A stretch of 64,000 nucleotides of DNA from an uncultured Candidatus Saccharibacteria bacterium (lineage in GTDB: Bacteria > Patescibacteriota > Minisyncoccia > Phycocordibacterales > UBA9973). The number at the start of each line of letters is the position of its first letter. Position 1 is the stretch's first letter. The position numbers were made by a program, and so were the translations under genes. This document shows positions 7,191 through 16,895 of the stretch, piece after piece. Location: NCBI GenBank assembly GCA_964527185.1, contig CAZGOI010000001.1, forward strand, positions 87,166 through 151,165, written 5' to 3'. The notes under the pieces are model-generated. The model was given only the letters and a program-made list of their open reading frames with translations. It made no database searches and was not told the DNA's origin.

Positions 7191-9317
7191 TTATTTACAA
7201 ACAGTCCCTGCAAGCGGAACTGTTATTTCCTTGGTTACTCCAGTGCTATCGGCGCAGAACGAAGTAGACAGCTTGCTCGAAAGCGGCGCCGACATCGCCC
7301 AGTTGATCGGCGTCGAGTAGCAAGACATAGCCCCGCCGGTAATATTTAGAATGTTGTTGATTGCGCTTGAGATATTGCCGACAGCATTAGATGCGCCCTT
7401 TGGGTGGCCGAGTGGCGAAAATAGCGAGCCGGGGTTTGGGTTGGTGCAACTGCCGTTTGGGTTGGTCCGGGCGCCAAATTTGCCGATCGCGTTGTGCAAG
7501 CCATCGGCCGATTGCTTGAAAGATGAAATTAGATTTTTTATCTGCATGTCGGTAACTGTTTTCATATAATCAGTCATCGCTATAGCAACCGGTGGCAGGT
7601 CGATATTATTCTTTACATTGAAATCATAGTAGGTGTTCTGCCAAGATAGGCTGACTGTATTACCGGCGATACCCTTGTCTTCAATACCTAAGATTTTAGA
7701 TAGCGGCACGCTTGCGCTAAAGCCGTATTGGGTGACATTGCCACTCGTCTCTCCTACCCAAATATCAAATTCGTCGAGTGTTGCAGAGCCAAGTACACTA
7801 TCGAGCGAAGATTGTTCATCGCTCGTAAGCCCAGAGACAAAAATATTAATAAAGTTTTTAAAAAGCATTTTAGTAGAGGCCGAGTCTGAGCTAAGCACGT
7901 AGTGGTATGAATCCTCGCCGTGAATATTCTCCGGCGCTTTTTCAACGACCGAAGAATTGCCGACAAACGCTCCGAGCGCGCTACTGGTCTGGCTCGTCGT
8001 ATAAGAAGGAAGGGTAATCGACAAGAGTTTATCGAGGTCGATTTTCGTTGCCCGCGAACTTACTATCTGGGGCAAGAGTGCAACGATCGAACCGAGCTCC
8101 TCTTTTTTAACCGTCACGATTGCGGGTGGTGGAGAATTTTCACCAAGTATACCAGAGAGATCCGGAGTGTGAACAAAAGTTTGGTTATAACCATAATCAA
8201 TTTCTGTATTTATATCTTGTTTGAAGAATGAACTTTTTATCGTTGCATCGTATTTAAAAAGTGGCAATTGGCCATCGCGGGCGACCTCGGCTTGCCCATC
8301 GAGCGATATAAAATCTTGGGATTCTGATGAATTTTTTTCGCCGCTGACTAGACCATTGGTGATATCGGCAAAAGTTGGTATTGAAATCTTTGCCCGAGTC
8401 AAAGATTTATATGAAGACATAGACATGAGTGTCTGTGAAGCGTTGTTTAGCAAAATTCTTGGATCTTTTTTGACAAAAGGTAAATTAAATTCGGGAAGTT
8501 TTATATAACCACGGGCAAAGGCAAAGACTCCACCGACCAGAGAACCTATTATCAAAATAACGACAAACCACTTCATTATTTTTTTAGATCTAATATTCGA
8601 CAGCTCTCCACTGCCACCTGAAGATGAGGAGAGTATTTTAGGATACGAGTGCAAAACAGCGTTCTGTGGAATTATTTGCGATGGGCTGATCTTGGGTAGA
8701 TTAGACGAGATGATGCTTGAAGCTGGGGAAGGTGGCTCGGTTAAATTTTTTGGTTTTAGCGTTGGGATAAGTTCCTGATTTTCTTGCTTTGGTATTAGAG
8801 GTTCACTTCTTATTATTGTTTTTACTGGCTCTGGCTTTTGTAAAATATTGGGGGTAATAATTGTTACCTTGGCGGGTTGGGGTTTGTATTGTGGTGGAGT
8901 TATCTCAACTATTTTTGGTCTCATGATGCCATAGTTTACCGATGTAGATTCCAGATTGTCATCTTCCTTTCTCGGAGTTTTTGTTATGTTATCTGGTATA
9001 TAGTAGGAGATGCTTGGGTCTTTGGTGTTGGCGGTGCTGAAGCTTGTCGCAAAAACAGGTTCTGTCGGCTTTTCTGTTTTTTCAATGGCAAGCGAGGTTG
9101 AGATATCTGGCAATTGGGCCCCAGTTAATTCTTTTTCTTGTGGAGTTATTTCTTGGGTCGTTATTTTTGGCGGCTCGGGCGGGGAAAGTTTTTTGAAAGC
9201 CTCGTCGATATCGGCTTCCCGCCAACCGGCCGACCTCAAGCGCGAGGCGATTGTATCTTTGCTCGTATTTTTTCGAAATTGATTTTGTATGTAGACTATC
9301 AAATCCTCGGTGATCAT
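7191..9317 (-). CDS. large membrane-anchored extracytoplasmic protein (hypothetical)
   Basis: A cytoplasmic N-terminal domain, a Pro/Thr-rich linker, one transmembrane segment (WFVVILIIGSLVGGVFAF), then a ~450-aa ectodomain. The C-terminal region contains several cysteines (SCTNPNPG..MSCYSTP..FCADSTG..GTVCK). Confidence 0.5.
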   Translation of the reverse strand: MITEDLIVYIQNQFRKNTSKDTIASRLRSAGWREADIDEAFKKLSPPEPPKITTQEITPQEKELTGAQLPDISTSLAIEKTEKPTEPVFATSFSTANTKDPSISYYIPDNITKTPRKEDDNLESTSVNYGIMRPKIVEITPPQYKPQPAKVTIITPNILQKPEPVKTIIRSEPLIPKQENQELIPTLKPKNLTEPPSPASSIISSNLPKISPSQIIPQNAVLHSYPKILSSSSGGSGELSNIRSKKIMKWFVVILIIGSLVGGVFAFARGYIKLPEFNLPFVKKDPRILLNNASQTLMSMSSYKSLTRAKISIPTFADITNGLVSGEKNSSESQDFISLDGQAEVARDGQLPLFKYDATIKSSFFKQDINTEIDYGYNQTFVHTPDLSGILGENSPPPAIVTVKKEELGSIVALLPQIVSSRATKIDLDKLLSITLPSYTTSQTSSALGAFVGNSSVVEKAPENIHGEDSYHYVLSSDSASTKMLFKNFINIFVSGLTSDEQSSLDSVLGSATLDEFDIWVGETSGNVTQYGFSASVPLSKILGIEDKGIAGNTVSLSWQNTYYDFNVKNNIDLPPVAIAMTDYMKTVTDMQIKNLISSFKQSADGLHNAIGKFGARTNPNGSCTNPNPGSLFSPLGHPKGASNAVGNISSAINNILNITGGAMSCYSTPINWAMSAPLSSKLSTSFCADSTGVTKEITVPLAGTVCK

Positions 9318-9338
9318 AAAAATATTATAACACCTAGA

Positions 9339-9902
9339 TTAGAATTCATAAATATAAATTTTTCGGGCGAGAGACATCGGGCTACGGGCGAGGTTTATTT
9401 CTTTTGTCGGCTGTTTTGCAGTGAATTTAAATGATGCCGAGACAAGCTTTGCCCCGGGCTTTAATTCCCTGTCGAGTTTTGGCAATAGATCGTCCATCGC
9501 GCTTGGGTAGAGATATGTGAAAATGTGCGTTGCATCACTTAGATTGTGGTTAAAAAAATCTGCTTTGATTATTTTAACCTCGCCTTTATAGAATTTTCTG
9601 TACCACCAAGCGCTAGCTCTTGCCATGAAAAATGGTAGTGGGTTATTTTCGATTCCTATATATTTTGCTTTTGGTTTTCTTTTGGCTGTATAGATGAGCA
9701 CTCGGCCCTCGCCACAGCCAAGGTCATATAGAGTGCTTTCATCATTTACCTCGAGAGCTTCATAGATATTTTTCAAAACAGCATTTGGCACTGGGACAAA
9801 TGGCACTTGGGAATTAAACCCGAGGATGGACCACAGAAAAAGAATTGTGAATGATATGATAAATAGAAAAATTAAAAAAATAACCAGTATGTATAAAATC
9901 AT
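9339..9902 (-). CDS. class I SAM-dependent methyltransferase with N-terminal membrane anchor
   Basis: Motif I LYDLGCGEGRVLIYTA, preceded by an N-terminal hydrophobic segment. Confidence 0.65.
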   Translation of the reverse strand: MILYILVIFLIFLFIISFTILFLWSILGFNSQVPFVPVPNAVLKNIYEALEVNDESTLYDLGCGEGRVLIYTAKRKPKAKYIGIENNPLPFFMARASAWWYRKFYKGEVKIIKADFFNHNLSDATHIFTYLYPSAMDDLLPKLDRELKPGAKLVSASFKFTAKQPTKEINLARSPMSLARKIYIYEF

Positions 9903-9910
9903 AGTTTATA

Positions 9911-10450
9911 CTAATCTTTCCAAGATATATGTTTATCTTCGCGGATAGCGCAGGTGCGATTGACGAAGCCTTCGCGACCGGAACCCTGGCGGTAGAGGCT
10001 GTAGTGAGTGGGGTTTTTCTCGGCATAATTTTGGTGGTATTCTTCAGCTTTGTAGAATGATTCTTTGGGCACGACCAAAACTGCGTGTGGCTTGTCGTAG
10101 ACGCCAGATTGGTCTAGTTCACTCAGAAGAGCGTTGGCGATTTCTTTTTCTTCCTCGTTTTCATAATATATAGCTGTCTTGTATGATTCGCCCCTGTCGC
10201 CAAATTGCCCGCCCGGGTCTGTTGGGTCGATGTGGTCGATGAAAAACTGCACGAGCTTTTTGAAATTTGTTTTTGTCTCGTCATACTCGACTTCGACAGC
10301 TTCTCTATAGCCACTATGGTTTTGATATGTCGGCGGGTTGTTGCTTGCCGGCCCAGCATAGCCAGAAATGGCGCTCTCGACCCCAGGCGCTTCTTTCAAA
10401 TCATGCTCGACGCACCAAAAACATCCTCCCGCAAAAATAATTTTTCTCAC
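9911..10450 (-). CDS. msrA: peptide methionine sulfoxide reductase MsrA
   Basis: FAGGCFWCVE..GYAGG motifs. The start is probably the GTG at 10450, because the long ORF in the track runs into the tRNA-Leu gene. Confidence 0.85.
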   Translation of the reverse strand: MRKIIFAGGCFWCVEHDLKEAPGVESAISGYAGPASNNPPTYQNHSGYREAVEVEYDETKTNFKKLVQFFIDHIDPTDPGGQFGDRGESYKTAIYYENEEEKEIANALLSELDQSGVYDKPHAVLVVPKESFYKAEEYHQNYAEKNPTHYSLYRQGSGREGFVNRTCAIREDKHISWKD

Positions 10451-10472
10451 GTCTATATTATATATTATTTTG

Positions 10473-10556
10473 TGCGCAGGGGGAGATTTGAACTCCCATA
10501 AGATTGCTCTCGCTACCACCTCAAGGTAGTGCGTCTACCAATTTCGCCACCTGCGC
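10473..10556 (-). tRNA. tRNA-Leu (anticodon GAG)
   Basis: The reverse complement GCGCAGGUGGCGAAAUUGGUAGACGCACUACCUUGAGGUGGUAG.. has a long variable arm and anticodon loop UUGAGGU. CCA is not encoded. Confidence 0.8.
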
Positions 10557-10597
10557 ATATTATCGAACGTGTCGAGTATACTATAATTATATCTTTT

Positions 10598-10628
10598 TTC
10601 AACAAAAAATCCCGTACAGGGATTTTTT
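10598..10628. terminator. bidirectional rho-independent terminator
   Basis: aaaaaatcccgtacagggatttttt, a palindromic hairpin with T-runs on both sides. It lies downstream of rplS. Confidence 0.5.
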
Positions 10629-10632
10629 GTTT

Positions 10633-11034
10633 CTATTCTTCTTTTTTTTCTGGTTTGTCGGCTTCTTCGTCTTCACTTAGAGTCACACTCTTTAACCTTC
10701 TTTTAACCTCTTTAACGGCTTTTGTTCTTATATAATAGAGTTTGTTTCGGCGGGTTTTAGACTGTCTCAAAACTTCGATCTTATCGATGTTTGGCGAATA
10801 GAGAGGGAAAATGCGTTCGACGCCAACCCCGAGTGTTACTTTTCGAACAGTAAATGTAGATCCGGCTTCAGTGCCATGCTTGCGGGCAAGGACCAGACCT
10901 TCGAATGCCTGAAGGCGAGTTTTGCCTTTTTCTTGAATCTTGCTCCAGACGCGAACTGTGTCGCCAGCTTTAAATTCTAGATTCTTTCGGGAAGCTTGGT
11001 CGACTGGAGTAAATTGTGATTTCGTTAATTCCAT
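10633..11034 (-). CDS. rplS: 50S ribosomal protein L19
   Basis: [43 protein letters not shown] is an L19 signature. There is a Lys/Glu-rich C-terminal tail. The start was set at the second Met (MELTKSQ); the ORF in the track extends to 11070. Confidence 0.85.
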   Translation of the reverse strand: MELTKSQFTPVDQASRKNLEFKAGDTVRVWSKIQEKGKTRLQAFEGLVLARKHGTEAGSTFTVRKVTLGVGVERIFPLYSPNIDKIEVLRQSKTRRNKLYYIRTKAVKEVKRRLKSVTLSEDEEADKPEKKEE

Positions 11035-11047
11035 AGGGCCTACTTTA

Positions 11048-11833
11048 TCATATAGAGTATGTTTTGACAACTTTTTTAAAATCAGCTGGCAGTGGCGCCT
11101 CGATCGTCTTTTCTGTGCCGTCTGGCATTTTAAATGTTATCGACAGTGCGTGTAGAGCCAGCCGCTTCATGCCGAGGGCTTTCTGGTGCGAGCCGCGATA
11201 GAGCGGGTCGCTGACAACCGGATGATTTATATACCGCAGATGAACTCGTATCTGGTGTGTCCGGCCAGTCTTTGGGTAGAGCTCGAGATAAGAGAATTGG
11301 TGGCTTGGGTCTTTGCTTTCTTTTTTGGTATCAAAAAATTTATTTAAAATTTTATATTCTGTTTTTGCTTCGCGCAATGGGTTTCGGGCGGCTCGTCCAG
11401 ATGTCCATGTTCTGATATCTCTCGGGCTGCGACCGATCGGCGCGTCGATCACCCCTTTTTTGCCGGTCGCGAGCGAAGCTTTTGGGTCTGAGACAAAGCC
11501 ATAAACAAGCGCGCGGTAAACTTTTTTTATCGTGTGATTTTTAAATTGCTCTTTCAAGAAATTAAAAGTCTTTTGATTCTTGGCGACCAGTAGCACGCCT
11601 GATGTTTCCCTGTCTAGGCGGTGGACGATTCCCGGTCGAGCTATTTCAAAAACTTTCCCCTCTTTGCGCGCCAGCATCGGTTCGCCAACTTTAGATATTT
11701 TTTTGTCGTGGGTTTTTATAAAATCGGCAAGGGTTTCATCGCCATCGTTTTTGCCGTCACCATGCACCGAAATACCGGCCGGCTTATCGACCGCAAGTAT
11801 ATTTTTATCTTCAAATAGAATATTTAGTTTCAT
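11048..11833 (-). CDS. RluA-family pseudouridine synthase
   Basis: [16 protein letters not shown] is the catalytic Asp motif, and the start region [14 protein letters not shown] matches the family. Confidence 0.8.
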   Translation of the reverse strand: MKLNILFEDKNILAVDKPAGISVHGDGKNDGDETLADFIKTHDKKISKVGEPMLARKEGKVFEIARPGIVHRLDRETSGVLLVAKNQKTFNFLKEQFKNHTIKKVYRALVYGFVSDPKASLATGKKGVIDAPIGRSPRDIRTWTSGRAARNPLREAKTEYKILNKFFDTKKESKDPSHQFSYLELYPKTGRTHQIRVHLRYINHPVVSDPLYRGSHQKALGMKRLALHALSITFKMPDGTEKTIEAPLPADFKKVVKTYSI

Positions 11834-11834
11834 G

Positions 11835-11906
11835 TGCCCCCGCGAGGAATCGAACCTCGAATTACGGCTTAGAAGTCCGCAGTTATATCCATTTAACTAC
11901 AGGGGC
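11835..11906 (-). tRNA. tRNA-Arg (anticodon TCT)
   Basis: The reverse complement GCCCCUGUAGUUAAAUGGAUAUAACUGCGGACUUCUAAGCCGUAAUUCGAGGUUCGAUUCCUCGCGGGGGCA has anticodon loop CUUCUAA, a 7-bp acceptor stem and a canonical T-arm. Confidence 0.75.
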
Positions 11907-12023
11907 ATTGGCCGACAAATCTACCATACCACTTTCCCGCCTATTTTAAAAGGGCTTATCGGCAAACCTATTGACTTTTATTGCAATTAATGTAGAATAC
12001 CAAAGAACCATAAAAATTAAGTA

Positions 12024-12632
12024 ATGAAAAAGATCTTCTATTACCTGGCTGTACTATTAGTGATAGTATTGGCCAGTTGCGGAACAGCAAAAAAATTACC
12101 TGTTACAAAGAAACCCGAGAAGGAAGTGGTGAATACCAGCCCCGAGAATCCGGTTATCCCATTCAACATTTCCTATATAGCAAGAATGAATGTCCCTGAT
12201 GTTCAAATCAAGACCACTCAATTCTACAACAGCCAGGAGATAACTCTGACTGCGAGCCTCAAAAGTTCAAGTGTAGAAGTCGTAGCTGGCCGGATGGTAT
12301 CATATGACAGCACAACTAATTTTGTAAAGAAAATTCCCAGGATGACACTCGGCAGATGTATTGGTATAAATAAAAGTGGCAATACCGTGACAGCATTACT
12401 CATATCATTTTCAACTACTGATCCGGTATATCAGCAATGGTATAAACTAAAACCCGGCGGCGGATTCCAACTCGACGGAGGTAGTGGTGAAAAATTGACC
12501 AGACTTGGTCAGGAGTACAGGGTCAACTCTGCTGGATACCCTGCACAACTAAATGAGTTGCTATTCGGTTATGATCAAACAAAATTCACTCAAAATTTAA
12601 CGGACAAAGCCGCCGGTGATCCGGTTCACTGA
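12024..12632 (+). CDS. lipoprotein (hypothetical)
   Basis: A signal peptide with lipobox LLVIVLASCG. A strong terminator follows. Confidence 0.5.
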   Translation: MKKIFYYLAVLLVIVLASCGTAKKLPVTKKPEKEVVNTSPENPVIPFNISYIARMNVPDVQIKTTQFYNSQEITLTASLKSSSVEVVAGRMVSYDSTTNFVKKIPRMTLGRCIGINKSGNTVTALLISFSTTDPVYQQWYKLKPGGGFQLDGGSGEKLTRLGQEYRVNSAGYPAQLNELLFGYDQTKFTQNLTDKAAGDPVH

Positions 12633-12650
12633 TCTTTCGTAAAAGAAAAA

Positions 12651-12692
12651 ATAAAATCCCCTCTCAACTACCAAGGCGAGGGGGATTTTTAT
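12651..12692 (+). terminator. rho-independent terminator
   Basis: aaaatcccctc..gagggggatttttat, a GC-rich hairpin followed by a T-run. Confidence 0.55.
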
Positions 12693-12732
12693 ACATTGAA
12701 ATACTTGGTAATTTAGTGTATAAATTAACCAC

Positions 12733-12805
12733 GCGCGATTAGCTCAGTTGGTAGAGCAACCCGTTTACACCGGGAAGGTCGGGGGTTCAAGTCCCTCATC
12801 GCGCA
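12733..12805 (+). tRNA. tRNA-Val (anticodon TAC)
   Basis: GCGCGAUUAGCUCAGUUGGUAGAGCAACCCGUUUACACCGGGAAGGUCGGGGGUUCAAGUCCCUCAUCGCGCA. The anticodon loop is UUUACAC. Confidence 0.8.
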
Positions 12806-12811
12806 CAAATT

Positions 12812-13138
12812 TTATAAACTCGGGTCTTTGTAGGTTGGTGGGTTTGTTTTGAGGTCGGATTCTTTTTTGGCTTTGGCGTCGAAAGTGGCAGTGACATTTT
12901 TAAGTGCATCGTCTCTAAGGGGTGTCGACGTTATATTGAGCGTCGGGCTTGCTTGGAATATTTCTTCGTTTTTTATTCTAAACAAAACATAGAAGCTAAG
13001 GAATATCAGGCAAACGATGACAGCAAGAAACACCCAAAGGGCGATAATCCAGTGCTTGTGCGGGTTGATCGAATCGTCGAGCGTCGTCTTGGCTTTTTTC
13101 TTAAAAATGTTTTTAAATTTTTGCAGGATTTTTTTCAT
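12812..13138 (-). CDS. small single-pass membrane protein (hypothetical, possibly a pilus-assembly accessory)
   Basis: One transmembrane segment (WIIALWVFLAVIVCLIFLSFYVLF). It lies directly downstream of the PilM/N/O-like genes. Confidence 0.4.
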   Translation of the reverse strand: MKKILQKFKNIFKKKAKTTLDDSINPHKHWIIALWVFLAVIVCLIFLSFYVLFRIKNEEIFQASPTLNITSTPLRDDALKNVTATFDAKAKKESDLKTNPPTYKDPSL

Positions 13139-13141
13139 ATT

Positions 13142-13702
13142 TTATGATGAAGTTAAGACATTGAAAGAAACCTCGAGTATCCACGAGAGTGTTGTGGGGG
13201 CTTTGGCTACTTTAACTTTTTGGTCGGTAGTAACTGGGGTGTCTACTTCACTTTTATCTAAATAGGCTCGGGTTATATTTAGCTTGTACGGCATATTCTC
13301 GACGAGCACGAGCAGGCGCATCATATTTACAAAAGAACCACTCGAAGATATTTTGACAGACAGAGTATTTTTAGAATTTTGCGGAATATCAAAACTCTCG
13401 ACTTTGACATCTGCCCCAAAACTAGAACCTAGACTCTCAATTGAGTTTATGAAGTTGATATCTTTTGGGTCGACAAAGTAACCATCGATAGTGTCTTTTA
13501 TACTACTGACTTCGTCAAATTTTTGCTTGAGTATCTGGGCGTTTTCTTTTTGAGCCATCCTGTCGGCCAGGGTGTTCATTAGAACTAGGGTGTGTTCATT
13601 TTTATTTTGAATCGCCCGGAAGAAAAAAATAAACACGAGCGCAGAAATTATGGTTGTGATGGCCGATCCTATGAGTACAAATTTTGTGTGGTTATCTTTC
13701 AT
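13142..13702 (-). CDS. PilO-like type IV pilus assembly protein (hypothetical)
   Basis: An N-terminal transmembrane segment, a coiled-coil stretch and a C-terminal domain, immediately downstream of the PilM-PilN gene. The start was set at the internal Met (MKDNHTKF) to avoid overlap; the track ORF extends to 13750. Confidence 0.4.
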   Translation of the reverse strand: MKDNHTKFVLIGSAITTIISALVFIFFFRAIQNKNEHTLVLMNTLADRMAQKENAQILKQKFDEVSSIKDTIDGYFVDPKDINFINSIESLGSSFGADVKVESFDIPQNSKNTLSVKISSSGSFVNMMRLLVLVENMPYKLNITRAYLDKSEVDTPVTTDQKVKVAKAPTTLSWILEVSFNVLTSS

Positions 13703-13703
13703 A

Positions 13704-15326
13704 TTATTTAAGTATGACCGATATGGCAAATTCGATGTTCGACTTTTCAATAAAATCAGATATCGGTAGATCTGTCGATGTGATGTTTGGGTTGTCGTCT
13801 AAACTTTTTTCAAAATCTCGAAGCGATGTTCGATCGGCGGCCTTGCCTTGCAGGTCGATAGTCTTGCCACCATTTGCAATTTGATTGTAGAGAATCTGCG
13901 AGATGGTTATTCCCTTTGGCAAATTGGTAAGGATGTTTTCATATATGACATCGCTCGGTAAAACTGGCTGGCTTTTAGAATATAGCAACCCGAGTTTAGT
14001 ATTTATTTGGCTAATAAATTTATCTATATTTGTTGTCGCGATGTCTGGGTTGGCAGCGTTAAAGGCTTCGAGCCTGGAAGTGGCAGCGTTTGATCTTGAT
14101 ACCGAGAAAAGATAGGAGGGCAAAAAGAGAAGAGTCGAAACAACTAGAGCGATTGAGGCAAAAGAAAGTATGACAGAGGAGAACCGCATCCAATATTCTC
14201 TTCGAAGTGAATTTTTTTCTTTGGGCGGTAGAACGTTTAGTATCGTTTGTGGTTTTTGTATATAGTCGGCGAGTGCGAGGCCGATGACTGTCACATAGCC
14301 GAACGATTGCTCATACGGAATCGATGGAACCGATGTTTTCATATCAGCAACGTTTGTCCAAGCGTTAGCGTCTTCGACTTTAACACCCATACTAGCCGAA
14401 AGATAGTTTGTCAGTCCCGTTAGATTGGCGTCGCCGCCACAGAGTATGATGCGGTCGAGGCTCTCGTGTTTAAAACCATCATCTTCGTGGGTCTTCCAGT
14501 ATATATAGTGTCGGTTTAATTCGTCACGCAAGACAGAGATGCCAGAGAGTATGGCTGGGAAAATATCGTCGGCGTTAGTAGCGCTCCCCACCCCATACGA
14601 GAGTTTCATCTTCTCGGCTTCTTCAAAAGAAATATTAAAATTTTTAGCGATCATGTTTGTGATCGACACGCCACCGATCTCGAGCGTTGTCGTGAAAAAT
14701 ACTTTTCCATTGTGGGCGATCGAGGCGCCGCTGCGAGACGAGCCGAAGTCGACAATCATGACTGGGCTCATATCGCCAAGTGGTATGACGGCGCGGGCGA
14801 TGGCTTGGGCTTCGAGTTCAAAAGATAGCGGCACGAGGCCAGCGCGCTTGAAAACCGACAGATAGCTTTCCATTGTGACGATGGCGATGGCGAGCACTTG
14901 GACGAAAATATTTTCGCTGTTTTCGGTTACAACTTCATAGTCAAATATCGTGTCGATAGCTTTGAGTGGGATATGTTCTTCGATTTGCAGGAGTATCGTC
15001 TCGTACAGATTATTGGCGGTCGACTTTGGTAGAGCCAGAGTAAAAAGGTACATCTGTTCTTCTGGTAAAGAAATGCGGACAAAGTGTAAATGCTCTCGGC
15101 GTGCTAAGCCACGGAGAATTTTTAACAATTCTTCTTCGTTTTCTATTTTTCCAGAGTTGATGATGCCGGCCGGAATTTTCTCGTGGCCAAACCGCCCGAG
15201 CCGCAGGCCGTGTGGCGTGGCAACTAGTTCGCCGTATTTTATCGATTGGTCAGAGATATCGAGCGCGCAAGAATTCATGGCCAGATATGATGGCGTAGGA
15301 AAATACCGGCTGTAAACTTGCTTCAT
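13704..15326 (-). CDS. pilM: type IV pilus assembly protein PilM (actin-like ATPase) fused to a PilN-like transmembrane C-terminal domain
   Basis: A ~360-aa actin/FtsA-like fold (ALDISDQSIKYGEL..MIVDFGSSRSGASIAHNGK..LCGGDANL). This is followed by a transmembrane segment (WMRFSSVILSFASIALVVSTLLFLPSYLF) and a ~130-aa periplasmic domain. Confidence 0.7.
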   Translation of the reverse strand: MKQVYSRYFPTPSYLAMNSCALDISDQSIKYGELVATPHGLRLGRFGHEKIPAGIINSGKIENEEELLKILRGLARREHLHFVRISLPEEQMYLFTLALPKSTANNLYETILLQIEEHIPLKAIDTIFDYEVVTENSENIFVQVLAIAIVTMESYLSVFKRAGLVPLSFELEAQAIARAVIPLGDMSPVMIVDFGSSRSGASIAHNGKVFFTTTLEIGGVSITNMIAKNFNISFEEAEKMKLSYGVGSATNADDIFPAILSGISVLRDELNRHYIYWKTHEDDGFKHESLDRIILCGGDANLTGLTNYLSASMGVKVEDANAWTNVADMKTSVPSIPYEQSFGYVTVIGLALADYIQKPQTILNVLPPKEKNSLRREYWMRFSSVILSFASIALVVSTLLFLPSYLFSVSRSNAATSRLEAFNAANPDIATTNIDKFISQINTKLGLLYSKSQPVLPSDVIYENILTNLPKGITISQILYNQIANGGKTIDLQGKAADRTSLRDFEKSLDDNPNITSTDLPISDFIEKSNIEFAISVILK

Positions 15327-15368
15327 GGTTTAATTATACGATACTTGCGAGTGTTATAAAAGGATATT

Positions 15369-15959
15369 TTATTTTTTAGCCATAAACCGAAGTGTTTTTA
15401 TGACAAACGGCGCAAAAGACAGGGCGACTGCCAGGGTGACGATCGGCAAGACGAATCGGTCTGGGTTTGGAATTATGCCGCCAAAATAGAACCCGAGGGT
15501 TGTGATGGCAAAAGTCCAAAGCGCGCCACCGATACTATTGTATACGACGAATCTTTTTTTATTCATCTTGGCGATGCTGGCAACGACCGGGGCAAACGTC
15601 CTTATGACGGGGATAAACCGAGCGATGACGATGGTCGCTTTGCCGTATTTTTCATAGAAATTTTGCGTCTTTAGCAATTGCTTTTTGCTGAAAAAAATTG
15701 AATCTTTTTTATCAAAAAATGCTTGGTCGAGCTTGAGACCAGACCAATAGCCGAGAAGCCCGCCTAGTATTGCCGCGACTGCGCATACTAATATAAGCAC
15801 GCCTAGGTTAAACAACCCTTGCGAAGCAAAAATGCCAGCCGAAAAAAGCAACGTGTCGCCCGGCAGAAAAAAACAGAAAAATAAACCCGACTCGGCAAAG
15901 ATGATCGACGCGATGCCGACGAGACCGGCTATTTTGATAATGTGGATTGGGTCTAGCAT
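15369..15959 (-). CDS. DedA/SNARE-associated family membrane protein
   Basis: FLPGDTLLFSAGIFASQG..ARFIPVIRTFAPVVASIAKM are DedA signatures. Confidence 0.75.
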   Translation of the reverse strand: MLDPIHIIKIAGLVGIASIIFAESGLFFCFFLPGDTLLFSAGIFASQGLFNLGVLILVCAVAAILGGLLGYWSGLKLDQAFFDKKDSIFFSKKQLLKTQNFYEKYGKATIVIARFIPVIRTFAPVVASIAKMNKKRFVVYNSIGGALWTFAITTLGFYFGGIIPNPDRFVLPIVTLAVALSFAPFVIKTLRFMAKK

Positions 15960-16294
15960 TAGCGAACTTTACTACCAGAGTTAACTTCAAATTCTGGCAT
16001 CAGAAATATTGGTTGCCCATCTTTGCCATCAACGGCCATGAGCATTCCTTGGCTTTCGACACCTTTGATCGTTCGCGGTTTTAGGTTTACTATATAGAGC
16101 ACCTGCTTGCCAATTAATTTTTGATACTCGGGGTAGTATTCATGGATACCAGAAACTATTTGCCGCAAACCCTCCTCGCCAAAATCGATCATGCATCTAA
16201 GGAGCTTGTCTGTCTCTGGCACCGGTTCGACTTCTCTGATAGTGCCCACTCGCATATCCATCTTCTTAAATTCTTCGTAGGTTATGTATTCCAT
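15959..16294 (-). CDS. tRNA-binding protein (CsaA/Trbp111, Myf domain)
   Basis: MDMRVGTIREVEPVPETDKLLRCMIDFGEE..IVSGI..LIGKQVLYIVNLKPRTIKGVESQGMLMA is the OB-fold tRNA-binding domain. Confidence 0.75.
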   Translation of the reverse strand: MEYITYEEFKKMDMRVGTIREVEPVPETDKLLRCMIDFGEEGLRQIVSGIHEYYPEYQKLIGKQVLYIVNLKPRTIKGVESQGMLMAVDGKDGQPIFLMPEFEVNSGSKVR

Positions 16295-16302
16295 AAAATT
16301 TA

Positions 16303-16689
16303 TTATACATTATTCTTTCTATCTAAATATCTTTGCAAAATGAGTGCGGCGGCAGAGGCGTCGACATTTTTTTCGTTATTTTTTCTGGCTTCGACTGTCG
16401 TCATAAATTCTTTTTCAAAATATATCGGCAGTTCGGTTTCAACTTCTAAGTTTTTTTTAAATTCTTCGATGCTGCCCATTATTTTGTTTGGCTCGCCAGA
16501 TAGATCGCGCGATTCGCCGAGGACAATTGCCGAAATATTTTCTGTGCCACAAATACTGTGCATGAGGTCAACAAGCTCCATATCGTTTTTCAAAACCCTG
16601 TATGGGAAAGCGAGCCTCCCCTCTTCGTCTGAAATCGAAAGCCCGACTCTTTTTGCTCCGTAATCAATTCCTAGATATCGCATGCACAC
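16303..16689 (-). CDS. ruvX: Holliday junction resolvase-like RuvX/YqgF
   Basis: MRYLGIDYGAKRVGLSISDEEGRLAFPYRVL. Confidence 0.85.
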   Translation of the reverse strand: MCMRYLGIDYGAKRVGLSISDEEGRLAFPYRVLKNDMELVDLMHSICGTENISAIVLGESRDLSGEPNKIMGSIEEFKKNLEVETELPIYFEKEFMTTVEARKNNEKNVDASAAALILQRYLDRKNNV

Positions 16690-16747
16690 AGTCTAACACA
16701 AAAGAAATCGCTTGAAAAAATATGAAAAATAAAGTAGTGTAGAGAGC

Positions 16748-16837
16748 GGAGGCGTGCCTGAGTGGTTGAAAGGAACAGTCTTGAAAACTGTCATCGGGGA
16801 AACTCGATCGTGAGTTCGAATCTCACCGCCTCCGCCA
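16748..16837 (+). tRNA. tRNA-Ser (anticodon TGA), CCA encoded
   Basis: GGAGGCGUGCCUGAGUGGUUGAAAGGAACAGUCUUGAAAACUGU..long variable arm..GUUCGAAUCUCACCGCCUCCGCCA. Confidence 0.85.
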
Positions 16838-16895
16838 GGACAATTTTTATCGGCATAAATCAAGTGGTTATGATAGCGGGGAGATCTATATACCT

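Noticed and set aside
14539-15315. Plus-strand ORFs of 108 and 121 aa inside pilM.
   Set aside because: They are antisense to a gene with clear actin-fold motifs and are Arg/Ser-rich shadow frames.
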